A program made the position numbers and the translations under genes. Below are positions 27,256 to 37,597 of a DNA stretch of 64,000 bases, one piece after another. Source of the DNA: an uncultured Sphaerobacteraceae bacterium (GTDB lineage Bacteria; Chloroflexota; Chloroflexia; Thermomicrobiales; UBA6265); contig CAYWSE010000014.1 in NCBI GenBank assembly GCA_964461025.1, positions 1,094 to 65,093 on the forward strand, written 5' to 3'. The first letter of the stretch is position 1. Each line of letters begins with the position of its first letter. A model generated the notes under the pieces. That model was not told the DNA's origin and made no database searches. It was given only the letters and a program-made list of their open reading frames with translations.

Positions 27256-28968
27256 ATGGGGAGACGATTCGACGTTGTCATTGTGGGAGGCGGAACGGCG
27301 GGCTGTGTGCTGGCCAGCCGCCTCTCCGAGGACTCCGCGCGCACGGTCGCGCTGATCGAGGCAGGTCCGGATACGCCGCCCGACCATACGGACGCGGTGC
27401 TGTGGGATAGCTATCCGATCGTGGCCTATTTCGATCCGCGTCATCACTGGCGCGATCTCCGCGTCTACCATCAGCCACCTCCGGACGATGGTCCTGACGA
27501 TCGCCCGCGCCGTCGCTACGAGCAGGCCAAGGTCATGGGCGGCGGGTCGTCGATCAACGGCATGATGGCCAACCGCGGTTCCCCTGACGACTACGATCTC
27601 TGGGCCAGCATGGGCGCTGAGGGGTGGACGTGGGATGAGGTGCTCCCGTTCTTTCGAAAGCTCGAAACCGACCTCGATTGTCATGGCGAACTGCACGGAG
27701 ACGACGGTCCGATGCCACTGCGGCGAGTCGGACTCAGTCAGTGGCCGGCGTTTTCTCGCGCCGCAGGCGAGGCGCTCACCGCGCAGGGATTGACCTACAT
27801 CTTCGATCAGCACGAGCATTTCGATCCAGGATGGTTCCCGATCGTCATCAACAACGACGGTCAACGCCGCGCCTCGACTGCAATCTCGTATCTGACCGAC
27901 TCAGTTCGCGCGCGCGAAAACCTGGCGATCTATCCCGATACCCAGGTGCTGCGCATGACTTTCGAAGGTCGCCGCGCCGCCGGCGTCGATGTCCAGATCG
28001 CGGACGGGATCACGGAGCATCTCGATGCCGGCGAGATCGTGCTCGCGGCAGGTGCGTTGCATACACCGGCGCTGCTTCAGCGGTCGGGCATCGGCGATGG
28101 CGCAACGCTGTCGAGACTGGGGATCGACGTTGTTGCTGATCGCCCTGCTGTTGGCCGCAATTTGCAGGAGCATCCGCAGATCGCCGTGTCGTCGCTGTTA
28201 AGTCCGGACGCGAGGCAGCCATGGAGCACGCGAAGACACATTTTCGGTGGATTTCGCTATTCCTCCGGCGTCGAGGGGTGTGACGATGTCGATATGTATG
28301 GCGTCATCGTCAACCGCGGCGCCTGGCATCCGCTCGGACAGAAGATGGGCGGATTCCTCATCTGGGTCAATCGCGCCTACTCGGAAGGGTGGGTGACGAT
28401 CGAGAATGCCGATCCACTGACCGAACCACGTGTCGAGCTGAATCTGCTAGGCGACGACCGGGATCGTCTCCGCCTCCACGATGGATTGCAACGGCTTGCC
28501 GCGCTCTATCGTCATCCTTCCATGCGCGCGGTCGCGAAATACCCCTTTCCCACGAGTTACACCGAAAAATCTCGCGACCTGGCAGTTGTGACGCGACGCA
28601 ACCGTCTGAGCACCGAGCCCTGGGCGCGCGCAGTCGATGGACCGGGCGTGTTGCGGCGGCGGGTGATGCGGCATCGCGTTTCCGGCGGGCTCTCGCTTTT
28701 TGACATCGTGCGGGATCACGACACGCTCGATGCGTTCCTCCGGGAACGCTCGCACGGCACCTGGCATTGCTGCGGAACGGCGCGCATGGGACGCGAGGAG
28801 GACCCGCGCGCAGCGACCTCTCCGGTAGGCCAGGTGTACGGCGTCGAAGGCGTGCGCGTTGCCGATGTATCGCTCATGCCGACTGTTCCACGCGCCAACA
28901 CGAATCTGCCGGCGATCATGATCGCCGAGAAGATCGCCGCATCGATGCGATCCGGAGATAGCGGCTGA
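27256..28968 (+). CDS. GMC-family FAD oxidoreductase (choline dehydrogenase-like)
   Basis: Start ATG 27256 gives MGRRFDVVIVGGGTAGCVLASRLSED. Also GGSSINGM, HGTWHCCGTARMG and ADVSLMPTVPRANTNLPAIMIAEK. Confidence 0.85.
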   Translation: MGRRFDVVIVGGGTAGCVLASRLSEDSARTVALIEAGPDTPPDHTDAVLWDSYPIVAYFDPRHHWRDLRVYHQPPPDDGPDDRPRRRYEQAKVMGGGSSINGMMANRGSPDDYDLWASMGAEGWTWDEVLPFFRKLETDLDCHGELHGDDGPMPLRRVGLSQWPAFSRAAGEALTAQGLTYIFDQHEHFDPGWFPIVINNDGQRRASTAISYLTDSVRARENLAIYPDTQVLRMTFEGRRAAGVDVQIADGITEHLDAGEIVLAAGALHTPALLQRSGIGDGATLSRLGIDVVADRPAVGRNLQEHPQIAVSSLLSPDARQPWSTRRHIFGGFRYSSGVEGCDDVDMYGVIVNRGAWHPLGQKMGGFLIWVNRAYSEGWVTIENADPLTEPRVELNLLGDDRDRLRLHDGLQRLAALYRHPSMRAVAKYPFPTSYTEKSRDLAVVTRRNRLSTEPWARAVDGPGVLRRRVMRHRVSGGLSLFDIVRDHDTLDAFLRERSHGTWHCCGTARMGREEDPRAATSPVGQVYGVEGVRVADVSLMPTVPRANTNLPAIMIAEKIAASMRSGDSG

Positions 28969-30035
28969 TGCGACTCGGACGAATGATCACTGCCGTCGAT
29001 GCCCACGCCGGGGGCGAGCCCGGCCGGGTCATCACGGGCGGCGTGCTCGACGTGCCGGGTGAGACGATGTTCGCCAAGATGCAGCATCTGCAGCGATATC
29101 AGGACGGTTTGCGCAAGTTGATGCTGCGAGAACCACGCGGCTATCCGGCGCTTTGCTGCAACCTCGTTCTACCGCCCACCCATCCCGACGCTGATGCGGG
29201 CTTCATCATCATGGAGCAGATCGAGTATCCCCCGATGTCGGGCTCGAACACGATCTGCACGACGACCGTGCTGCTCGAAACCGGCATGGTTCCGATGCAG
29301 GAACCGGTGACGGACCTCACGCTGGAAACGCCGGCCGGCCTGGTGCACGTTGAGGCTCGCTGTGAAGGCGGCAAGGTGACCGGCGTGACGTTCCAGAATG
29401 TGCCGGCGTTCGCCATGCACTTGAACTCGATGATCCAGGTCCCGGAAATCGGCGCCTTGCGGGTCGATGTGGCCTTTGGCGGTATGTGGTACGTCATCTG
29501 CGAGGCCGCCGATCTTGGATTGCGCATCGTTCCAGAGGAGGGCGCCGAGATCGTCCGGTTGGGTGAGATGGTGAAAGCCGCGGCACGCGAGCAGCTCCCG
29601 GCGGTCCATCCCGAGAATCCGGACATCACCGGCGTCAGCATCATCGTGCTTACCGCGCCACCCACGCTCCCGGGCGCCACCGCGAAAAACACGGTGGTCG
29701 TGTCGACAGGTCAATTCGATTGGAACAACCGTTCCACCTGGACCGGCGTGCTCGATCGCTCAGCCTGTGGAACGGGCACGTGCGCGACGATGGCAGTGCT
29801 TCACGCGAAGGGTCAGCTGGGGCTGAACACCGACTTCGTTCACGAAAGCATCATGGGCACGACCTTCACCGGTCGGCTGGTCGGGGAGACGACGGTCGGT
29901 CCCTACAAAGCGGTGATTCCCACCATCACCGGACAAGCCTGGATCACCGGAATTGCCCAGTACGTCGTCGATCCCTCCGACCCGTTTCAGGAAGGCTTCA
30001 TCGTCGGCGACTTGTGGGGCGGCATTAGTCTGTAA
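28968..30035 (+). CDS. Proline racemase-family enzyme (hydroxyproline epimerase/dehydratase-like; Ser/Cys catalytic pair)
   Basis: AVDAHAGGEPGRVITGG at the N-terminus. PMSGSNTIC sits where family members have MCGH, and LDRSACGTGTCA is the second catalytic motif. TGATG overlap with the upstream stop. Confidence 0.8.
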   Translation: MRLGRMITAVDAHAGGEPGRVITGGVLDVPGETMFAKMQHLQRYQDGLRKLMLREPRGYPALCCNLVLPPTHPDADAGFIIMEQIEYPPMSGSNTICTTTVLLETGMVPMQEPVTDLTLETPAGLVHVEARCEGGKVTGVTFQNVPAFAMHLNSMIQVPEIGALRVDVAFGGMWYVICEAADLGLRIVPEEGAEIVRLGEMVKAAAREQLPAVHPENPDITGVSIIVLTAPPTLPGATAKNTVVVSTGQFDWNNRSTWTGVLDRSACGTGTCATMAVLHAKGQLGLNTDFVHESIMGTTFTGRLVGETTVGPYKAVIPTITGQAWITGIAQYVVDPSDPFQEGFIVGDLWGGISL

Positions 30036-30543
30036 GCGCAGCGGCGTTGCGTTCGGCAAGCAGGACCGCGGCAATCTCCTCCGCCCAGGCGTCGATCGCG
30101 TCGAAATCGCGAAAGTCACCTTCCGGTGCGTTCACCAGGCGAGTTGCCAGGCGTTCGGTCCGGCTCAGTTCGGAGCGGTCGAGTTTGCCGGAGAAGAGGC
30201 GATGACTTCGCGCGCCGCACGAGGCGATCAGATCGTTCATGGCGCGAGCATCGACAGCCGATTCCGGTGACTGCTCGCCGATCGGTCCGCTGCTGAAGAG
30301 CCAGACCGGCATGGTGCGCAGCCGATCGGCGTTCTCCTCGACGAAGTCGCGAGCTTCCTTCATCCATTTGCCCATATAGACCGCGCTGCCGACGATGACG
30401 CCGGATCGCCCTTCCAGGTTCACGACATCAGTGGCGTCATAGATCGTTGAACCGATACCGTCGTGCCTGAGCGTACGAGCGACCTCTTCGCCAATTTCCC
30501 GGGTGCTGCCATGTTTGCTGGCGATCACGATAGCCATGGACAT
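30025..30543 (-). CDS. Flavodoxin-domain protein (HemG/flavodoxin-like)
   Basis: Start at ATG 30543/30537 gives M(SM)AIVIASKHGSTREIGEEVA. Length about 170 aa. Its 3' end overlaps the convergent gene by 11 nt. Confidence 0.7.
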   Translation of the reverse strand: MSMAIVIASKHGSTREIGEEVARTLRHDGIGSTIYDATDVVNLEGRSGVIVGSAVYMGKWMKEARDFVEENADRLRTMPVWLFSSGPIGEQSPESAVDARAMNDLIASCGARSHRLFSGKLDRSELSRTERLATRLVNAPEGDFRDFDAIDAWAEEIAAVLLAERNAAALTD

Positions 30544-30663
30544 TGCACACCTCCTCATCTTCTTCGCTGCCAATCCAGATTGGCACAATTGTCTTCGGTC
30601 GGATGTCGTCTCGATGTGGCGAAGCGCAGCGGGAGTGTGACAATTGTATGCCGGACGACACAG

Positions 30664-31923
30664 TCAGGAATGGCGTTCGAGCAAAACTGTCGCCTCACGA
30701 GGCGTGGGCGACATCCAGGCGAGAGCAATCGCGCCCAGTGCAACCAGAGGTATGAGCTGCAGAGCGAGATCGAACGAGCCCGTCAGATCCTGAATCGCAC
30801 CACCGATGATCGGACCTAAACCGGAAGCGACATACCCCACAGCCAGGACCATCCCAGCAGTCTGCCCGATTTTGCCTGGCCTCGCCGTATCGGTGGGCAT
30901 CAGCATTCCCATTCCGAACAGACCGGCCAGTCCGAAACCGGCGCCGACTGGCCAGATCCACTTCACGCCGCTGGTGACTGGCGCCAGGGCAAGACCAGTC
31001 GAGGCAACCAGAAAGATGGTCGCCGCAGCCAGCGTCGGCAACCGGCGAGAGTTGATGCGGTCGGAGAGTATCGGCAGAAAAACCATCGCGGGAAAGGTCG
31101 CCATATTGAAGAGCGCGAAGAGAATGGCGATCTGCGAATCGTTCAGCCCGTGATCTTCGTAGATCGACGGCAACCAGGCGACCAGCGCGTAGTAGGCAAG
31201 CCCCTGTGCCGCAAAAATCCCGGCGACGATCCACGTTTTGCGGTCGCGCCATGGTGACCAATCGTTTTCGGAGACTGTTGACGATGCATGCCTGATTGTT
31301 TGCTGCGTCTGGGCGGGAATCGACCAGCGTGTCAGGGAAATCATCCAGGCAATCAGCGTGACACCTGCAATCGCACCCCAGATGGCGAGCGGGAGACGCC
31401 AGTCGTCGACCCGGTCGGAGGAGAGAAAGAGCGGCCCGGTGATCGACGCGGCGACAACCGAACCGGTGAAAAAGCCGCCTGTGAACACGCCGGTGGCGAT
31501 GCCCATGCGCAGCGGCATCAGACTGCGACCCAGCCGAGGCATCGCCGGTTGGGAGATGCCGATTCCGGCGCCGAAAAGAATCGTCAATCCGATGAGCACG
31601 GCAAAACCCGGCGCGATGGCGCGCATTCCGCCGGCGATCGCCACGATCGCCAGACCGATCGTCATCGTCAGCCGGGCGCCACGCCGGTCGGCAAATCGCC
31701 CGCCCGGCACCGCGAACGCCCCCATCAGGAGGGGAGGCAACGCCACCAGCAGCGACGCATTGGTGTTGCTCAGTGAGAGATCTTCGCGGATGTCGGGAAT
31801 CAGCGGTCCAACGCCGATCAATCCGGTGCGCAGGCTGACCGCGACGAAGTACGCCATGATCATCGCGGTTGTCAGACCGGCCGGAGCTCGCGCCCCCAAA
31901 GAGTCGCGCTGCTCGGTGTTCAA
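30664..31923 (-). CDS. MFS transporter (CynX/NimT-like)
   Basis: 12 predicted TM helices. LRTGLIGVGPLIPDIREDLSLS and GGRFADRRGAR (loop 2-3 motif). Start uncertain: TTG 31923 (GAGGA upstream) or ATG 31863. Confidence 0.8.
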   Translation of the reverse strand: MNTEQRDSLGARAPAGLTTAMIMAYFVAVSLRTGLIGVGPLIPDIREDLSLSNTNASLLVALPPLLMGAFAVPGGRFADRRGARLTMTIGLAIVAIAGGMRAIAPGFAVLIGLTILFGAGIGISQPAMPRLGRSLMPLRMGIATGVFTGGFFTGSVVAASITGPLFLSSDRVDDWRLPLAIWGAIAGVTLIAWMISLTRWSIPAQTQQTIRHASSTVSENDWSPWRDRKTWIVAGIFAAQGLAYYALVAWLPSIYEDHGLNDSQIAILFALFNMATFPAMVFLPILSDRINSRRLPTLAAATIFLVASTGLALAPVTSGVKWIWPVGAGFGLAGLFGMGMLMPTDTARPGKIGQTAGMVLAVGYVASGLGPIIGGAIQDLTGSFDLALQLIPLVALGAIALAWMSPTPREATVLLERHS

Positions 31924-32150
31924 TCCGTCCTCGTGATCGACTGGTAAAGGCGCCCTCTGGTTCTGAATGGTACTCGCGATTCCGTATGGCTGGGAGCATC
32001 TTCGGATGTGCCACAATTGGGCTCAGGCCGGGCGCGTCGGGGCACAGTCGGGGCACAGGTCCCCGAACTACATCCGCTTCGTCCACGTTGCGTAGTTCGG
32101 CCACCCGTGGGCCGATGTGAAGCGACGCGGCGCAGGTCCCCGAACGACGT

Positions 32151-32741
32151 ATGAACGCTCGCCACAGCATGTCAAGATCTCACGATCGCATCACCATCAT
32201 CGATTGGGCGGCCGGCATCGTCGCCGACCCGTCAGTCGTGTTTCTCGATACGGAAACGACTGGTGTTGGTCCGCGCGCCGAGATCGTCGATATCGCCGTC
32301 ATTGCGTGCGGCGGCGACGTGCTTCTCGACACGCTCGTGCGTCCCCGATCGCATATTCCACCTGATGCCAGCCGCATCCATGGCATCGTTGACGACGATG
32401 TCGCTGGAGCTCCGCATTGGGAAGATGTGCTTCCCGGCGTGGCCGACGCGATCGCCGGTCGCCGTGTGGTGGTCTACAACGCCGATTTCGATCGTGGAAT
32501 GATCGAGAGCTGTTGCCGCGCTTGCTCGCTGAAGATGCCGTCCGCACGTTGGGACTGCGCCATGGAGGCGTATGCCGCGTTCATCGGTGAGCGTTCGACC
32601 CAATGGCGTGGCGGCTACCGTCGCTTCAGACTCGAGCAGGCGGTGCGCACCTTCGACATCATGCCCGGCGGTCATCGCGCTCTCGCCGACGCCGAAGCGT
32701 GCCGGTTGCTGGTCCTCGCCATAGCCGAGCAGGAGTATTGA
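32151..32741 (+). CDS. DEDDh 3'-5' exonuclease (DnaQ/epsilon-like domain protein)
   Basis: VVFLDTETTG (ExoI), VVVYNADFDRGMI (ExoII), GGHRALADAEA (ExoIII with His). Confidence 0.8.
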   Translation: MNARHSMSRSHDRITIIDWAAGIVADPSVVFLDTETTGVGPRAEIVDIAVIACGGDVLLDTLVRPRSHIPPDASRIHGIVDDDVAGAPHWEDVLPGVADAIAGRRVVVYNADFDRGMIESCCRACSLKMPSARWDCAMEAYAAFIGERSTQWRGGYRRFRLEQAVRTFDIMPGGHRALADAEACRLLVLAIAEQEY

Positions 32742-32787
32742 CCACGGCAGCCGACCTGCCAGGCGCCGGCTCCGGCGCGGCATGAGA

Positions 32788-32816
32788 ACCATGCGTAGCC
32801 TCGCCATTTATGGCGC
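32788..32816 (-). repeat. 29-nt interspersed repeat (copy 2, inverted orientation)
   Basis: accatgcgtagcctcgccatttatggcgc is the reverse complement of gcgccataaatggcgaggctacgcAtggt. One mismatch to 9738-9766. Confidence 0.8.
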
Positions 32817-32909
32817 TCGCCGCATATTGCTTCCGTACTCATTGATTCACCGATCCCGCGAGACGAGCAACGAAGGCGTTGCCGCTACACCGGGGTGCTG
32901 ATAGGGCAA

Positions 32910-33914
32910 TCAGTCGCCGCTGGGAACGGCGCGCAGTGATGGCGCCGGTGAAGCAGGTGCGGGTCGCCGCGTTTTCATGACCTGCCGGCAGGTGTCGGTG
33001 ATGAAGACGAAAAGCCAGGCCATCAGTGCGGCGTGGGCGAGGGTGGCCCAGATATCGAGCTCGGAGAGTACGACCGCGCCTCCCGCCAGGGCCTGTAGCG
33101 TGATGGTGACGCTTGCCAGTCCAAGTACGACGAAAATCGACCGGTAGTGCGGCTGCATTCGCCAGATTGCGAACGTCAGCCCGTACACGAGCAGCATCAA
33201 TAGCACCGCCACGAATCGATGCGTGAAGGCGATGCCGGCTGGACTGGTCAGATCGGCGGGAACGATCTGACCATTGCAGCTCGGCCACTCGTAGCAGGCC
33301 ATTTCGTTGCCCGAATGCCGCATGTAGGCTCCCACATACGCCACGATGATCGAGCCAACGAGCATGCCCCACGCGCCCCGGTGGAACCATACCGGCAGCG
33401 GGTGTGATTGTCCTTCGACGACCAGTGGATCGGGTTTGCCCGGATCCTCATAGAGCAACCGCGTCAGCAGGAAAACCGCCGCGAAGCAGGTCATCGATAT
33501 GCCAAAGTGGGCGGCCATGATCTGCGGACTCTGCGGCCACATCACCGCCGCGGCGCCCAGTCCTGACTGAAGGAGGAGCGTGCCCACCATGACGGCGACG
33601 TAGATGCGGACTTCGCGATTGCCGCGCCGGATCAAAACAGCGCCGATCGCCGTCGCCGCGATCAAAATGCCCTCGATCGCCGTCACAATGCGATGGCTGA
33701 ACTCGATTGCCGTCTCCACAGCGTAGGACGGGATGAATTTGCCCTGGCAGAGGGGCCACGAACGGCCACACCCTTCGCCCGAACCGGTGCTGGTGACGGT
33801 CGAGCCCATCATCAGCACGATGAACATGCCGATCGTGGCGGCGACGGCGAGCCGTTTCACCCAACGCTCGCGTCGTTCACGTTTTGCAGATTCGTCGTGT
33901 TGTGGAGTGCTCAT
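32910..33914 (-). CDS. ctaA: Heme A synthase (CtaA/COX15 family)
   Basis: Cys pairs CGRSWPLCQG and CYEWPSCNG, His motifs FSHRIV and FTHRFV, and 8 TM helices. Confidence 0.85.
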   Translation of the reverse strand: MSTPQHDESAKRERRERWVKRLAVAATIGMFIVLMMGSTVTSTGSGEGCGRSWPLCQGKFIPSYAVETAIEFSHRIVTAIEGILIAATAIGAVLIRRGNREVRIYVAVMVGTLLLQSGLGAAAVMWPQSPQIMAAHFGISMTCFAAVFLLTRLLYEDPGKPDPLVVEGQSHPLPVWFHRGAWGMLVGSIIVAYVGAYMRHSGNEMACYEWPSCNGQIVPADLTSPAGIAFTHRFVAVLLMLLVYGLTFAIWRMQPHYRSIFVVLGLASVTITLQALAGGAVVLSELDIWATLAHAALMAWLFVFITDTCRQVMKTRRPAPASPAPSLRAVPSGD

Positions 33915-34058
33915 GGCGTTGTTGCGAGAGTCCGGCGACCAGTTCCGTTGTCATGCGCAAGCGTACTACCGTCCGCGACTCCCGTGCAGGTTCGGCAGAC
34001 GCTCGTTTGGCAGTGGAAGAGCCGGTTAAGATAGAAGGAAGATATTGAAATCGGGAGG

Positions 34059-35537
34059 GTGTGTGTGAATCGTCTGAGAAGCGTGTTGAGCATAGCAATG
34101 ACATTCGTCATTGTCTGCGGCGGCGTGATGTCTGTGCGTGATACGGTCGCCCAGGAAGCATCCCCTGTACTCAGTCAGCAATCGGTATGGCTCGACAATT
34201 TGATGCCGCTGGGGCTCTCGCCAGACGGTAGTCTCCTCGCCGCCGCGAACCGCGCCGAACTGTGCACCTATCAGGTACCGTCAATGGCGCAGCAGGCTTG
34301 CGTCGATCTGGAGCCTCTGGAGGCGGGATTGCGCGTCGGCGACGTGTCCTGGTCGCCTGACAGCACACGTCTGGTTCTGACCGAAGACTCATTTCGCATC
34401 CTGCGAGATGGCGATCTCTGGGTCGTCGACGCAATGACCGGCGAACTGACGAATCTGACCGATGATGGATTCAATGAAAATCTCGCCATCGGCTCTCCGG
34501 AGAAGATGGCTGGCGAGACATTCTATTTCGATGTAGCGCCCGCCTGGAGCCCGGATAGCGAGTCCATCACCTTCTCGCGAACGACATTTGTCGATGGTGA
34601 ACGAGCAGGCAACGACATCGTCACCATTCCAGCCGCTGGTGGGGAACCACAAGTGTTGCTGAACGTATCTCCGGAGGAGATCGGCGTCGCTTTCTTCCCG
34701 ATGCGATGGTCGCCGGACGGAAGCGCTCTCTACTACGTGCTGACGCCGGTCCAGCGCAGCGATCCCTCCACCGGCATCTATCGGTTCGACGCCGCTACGG
34801 GCACGTCCGAGCAACTTCTTGGATTTTCGCGCGATGTTGGGGCACCGGCGATCACCGAGATCAGCCCCGCTGGGGACAAAATACTTGTCTTCTATCCAAC
34901 TGCAGCCGTAACGCTGGGCGCGTTCGAACCGATCTTCTGGTTACTCGATCTTGAAACGCTGGAAATCGAACCGCTCCAACCACCGGGCGAAACTGAAAAT
35001 GATCCTGGTTTTGTGGCGGCGGCGGCGTTCTCACCGGAGGGTGCATCGCTCCTGATTGGAACCAGGCGATCGACTCCCGACTTCCAATTGTGGGAGATGA
35101 CCATCGACTCGGGCGAAGCGACCCAGCTCGTCGAGGGTCTCTCCGGTGTGATCTCCGTCGAGCCGACCATTGGGCCCAGCTGGACCGCCTCCGGCCTCAT
35201 CTTCGTTGCGTCCGACATCCATTCCGGAACGCTGCTGGAAGTACCGCCGCGAGAGTCGCCGCTCGTTGCCGAACGTCCAGATGCACCCGCCAGCCCGCCG
35301 GCAGTTGCCAGCGAGGACTTCGAGGCTGGCGACCGGGCGATCGTCGCATCGAACGGCGTACCGCTTCACGCGGCGCCGACGGGATTGTCGCCAGCGGTCG
35401 CGCTCCTCGAAGTGGGAGCTTTGCTGACCGTGCTCGGTCCTGCCGAAGAGGAGGAAGGCGTCTTCTGGTTGCCGGTTCAGGATATAGAAACCCGGACGAT
35501 TGGATTCGTCCGGGTCGAGCTTGTGATCAAGGGCTAG
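34059..35537 (+). CDS. Secreted TolB-like beta-propeller protein with C-terminal SH3-like domain
   Basis: Signal/anchor helix LSIAMTFVIVCGGVM. Blades WSPDSTRLVL, WSPDSESITFSR and WSPDGSALYY. C-terminal GDRAIVASNGVPLHAAP...GFVRVELV resembles bacterial SH3. Confidence 0.7.
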   Translation: MCVNRLRSVLSIAMTFVIVCGGVMSVRDTVAQEASPVLSQQSVWLDNLMPLGLSPDGSLLAAANRAELCTYQVPSMAQQACVDLEPLEAGLRVGDVSWSPDSTRLVLTEDSFRILRDGDLWVVDAMTGELTNLTDDGFNENLAIGSPEKMAGETFYFDVAPAWSPDSESITFSRTTFVDGERAGNDIVTIPAAGGEPQVLLNVSPEEIGVAFFPMRWSPDGSALYYVLTPVQRSDPSTGIYRFDAATGTSEQLLGFSRDVGAPAITEISPAGDKILVFYPTAAVTLGAFEPIFWLLDLETLEIEPLQPPGETENDPGFVAAAAFSPEGASLLIGTRRSTPDFQLWEMTIDSGEATQLVEGLSGVISVEPTIGPSWTASGLIFVASDIHSGTLLEVPPRESPLVAERPDAPASPPAVASEDFEAGDRAIVASNGVPLHAAPTGLSPAVALLEVGALLTVLGPAEEEEGVFWLPVQDIETRTIGFVRVELVIKG

Positions 35538-35557
35538 CGAGGTCTGCCTCGCGTGGC

Positions 35558-36436
35558 CTAGGTGTAGTTGAGCAGCTCGCCTGGTTGCGTCAGCCACTCT
35601 TCGACAATTGCCTGATGCGTGCCGTCGTCCTTCAACGAAGCGAGCGCTTCGTTGAAGAAGGGAACGAGCTCGCTTCCTTTTTCGAAGACCGCGCCCATGC
35701 CTTCGCCGGGGTTGTTCGGAAGCACGCCGGCGATGACGAGTCCTTCGAACTGAATTCCGGTGATGAACTGGGCCGATTCGAGATCGGCGACGGTCGCATC
35801 GACGGTCTCGTTCACCAGCTGCTGCAGTGCGTCAGCGGTCGTGTCCATGACGAGCGGATCGTTTTCCGGCTGGATGTCGTCGATGACGACCTGATAGTAC
35901 GTCGTGCCGACCTGGGTGGCGAAGGTGAACTGGCTCAGGTCTGCAAGGGTCTTCGCTTCGAGAACCGGCGATCCTTCACGGGTGATGACCGTCAGCGGTG
36001 ATTTGTAGTAGGCATCAGAGAAGTCGACCGCTTCCTTGCGCTCCTCGGTGATGCTGACTTCTGTCATATAGAAGTCGAATGGCTTCTCACCCGGTGCATA
36101 CGAGGCGTTGAACGACGTGTAACCCCAGTCAACCTGATCGGGAGCGAAACCGAGCCGCGCCGCCAGCGCCGCGGCGAGAGCGCCTTCGAATCCCTGCCCA
36201 TTGGTCGGGTCGTTGTCGATGAACCACGGTGGATAGAGTGGTTGATCGGCGTGGATCGTCAGTCTGCCCTCATTCCTCAACGGCAGAGTGGCGATGTCGA
36301 AGAGCCCCGCGACCGGAGAGGCCGCCGGAGAAGCATCGGGAGTCGCCTCCTGCGCCAGGCCCACAAGCCTCGGCGACGCTGCCAGCGCCGCGGCAATCGC
36401 CGCAGACCGGCCCACGAATTGACGTCGGTTGATCAT
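35558..36436 (-). CDS. Amino-acid ABC transporter substrate-binding protein (family 3), Tat signal
   Basis: Start ATG 36436 gives MINRRQFVGRSAAIAAALAASP (twin-arginine). Divergent from the cognate permease/ATPase genes. Confidence 0.8.
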   Translation of the reverse strand: MINRRQFVGRSAAIAAALAASPRLVGLAQEATPDASPAASPVAGLFDIATLPLRNEGRLTIHADQPLYPPWFIDNDPTNGQGFEGALAAALAARLGFAPDQVDWGYTSFNASYAPGEKPFDFYMTEVSITEERKEAVDFSDAYYKSPLTVITREGSPVLEAKTLADLSQFTFATQVGTTYYQVVIDDIQPENDPLVMDTTADALQQLVNETVDATVADLESAQFITGIQFEGLVIAGVLPNNPGEGMGAVFEKGSELVPFFNEALASLKDDGTHQAIVEEWLTQPGELLNYT

Positions 36437-36715
36437 GAACAACTCCTTCTCTGGTCTGATCACGAAAACACCCATCGACGATTCTGACAGGTCGTCTCGC
36501 TGGCTGCAATTGGCCCGAAAGCCGCTTGCACTGCGAGTATACTGCAGTTTGTTATCAAGTTATGAACTTAAGTTGCCCGGCGGACACGCGGTGTCATGGT
36601 TGGGCGTCAAATGCGCAGGCGGAACGCAACCGATTCGACGGGTACCATTTCGCAGGCGAAGACCTGCTTCGCGTGGTGTCCATCACACGCAGTCATGTGT
36701 TGAGAGGCGAGCTGA

Positions 36716-37597
36716 ATGTCGGCAATTCCATCCCCTGCAGCGGCGCTGAGCGATGCCGAAATCGCTGCTATGTTGACACCGCAGGCCGCGTGGCGCGATC
36801 GGGACGTATTGCGGTCGGCGTTCATTGCCCTGATCAGCAGCATCGTGATTTTCGGTGGACTCGCCTGGCTGATCAGCGGCACCGAAGGCTGGGATGCTGT
36901 CCAGAGATCATTCTTCAGCTGGAAACACTTCAAGGCGTCATTCCCCAGTATCTGGGACGGCTTCAAGCTCAATATCAAGATTTTCATGATTGCCGAGCCG
37001 ATCATTCTGGCGATCGGTCTGTTGCTGGCGGTGATCCGCAGCACGCGCGGCGCGGCGCTCTTTCCGTTGCGGGCGTTTGCCGTCGCCTACACCGATCTCT
37101 TTCGGGGCGCCCCGGCGCTGCTGGTCATTCTGACACTCGGATTCGGTGTCCCGGCGTTGCGCATCTCCGCCGTGCCGAACACCCCCGTCTTCTGGGGGAC
37201 AGTTGCCATCATTCTCAGCTCTTCGGCGTATCAGGCCGAAACATTCCGGGCCGGCATCGGCACAGTCCATGGCAGTCAGCGGGCCGCTGCTCGGGCACTT
37301 GGGCTTTCCAGCACGCAGGCCATGCGCTTTGTCGTGCTGCCACAGGCAATCCGGCGGGTGATTCCACCGACGCTGAGCGGGTTTGTCGGATTACAGAAGG
37401 AAACGGCGCTTATATCTGTGCTTGGACCGTTAGAGGCCACCCGCCAGGCACAGATTTACGGCAGTCTGCATTTCAATTACACGAGTTACGTCGTGGCCGG
37501 GCTCCTGTTCATCTCGATCACCATTCCGCTCGCCCGGTTCACCGACTATCTCCTCCGGCGGAGCGAGGTTCGTCGCTCGATGGGAGGCGCCGTATGA
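36716..37597 (+). CDS. Amino-acid ABC transporter permease (His/Glu/Gln/Arg/opine family)
   Basis: TDLFRGAPALLVILTLGFG and the EAA-like loop SSAYQAETFRAGIGTVHGSQRAAARALGLS. Confidence 0.85.
   Translation: MSAIPSPAAALSDAEIAAMLTPQAAWRDRDVLRSAFIALISSIVIFGGLAWLISGTEGWDAVQRSFFSWKHFKASFPSIWDGFKLNIKIFMIAEPIILAIGLLLAVIRSTRGAALFPLRAFAVAYTDLFRGAPALLVILTLGFGVPALRISAVPNTPVFWGTVAIILSSSAYQAETFRAGIGTVHGSQRAAARALGLSSTQAMRFVVLPQAIRRVIPPTLSGFVGLQKETALISVLGPLEATRQAQIYGSLHFNYTSYVVAGLLFISITIPLARFTDYLLRRSEVRRSMGGAV

Noticed and set aside
30695-32170. 491-aa ORF overlapping the MFS transporter in another frame of the same strand
   Set aside because: Extremely Arg/Gly/Asp-rich with no motifs. The alternative frame (30664..32016) gives a clean 12-TM MFS protein.
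36526-37593. N-terminal ~355 codons of the 616-aa ORF 36526..38376
   Set aside because: Only the part from ATG 37594 (MSEPILSIRGLYKAY, Walker A etc.) is an ABC ATPase. The upstream part overlaps the real permease gene (36716..37597) in another frame and has no motifs.
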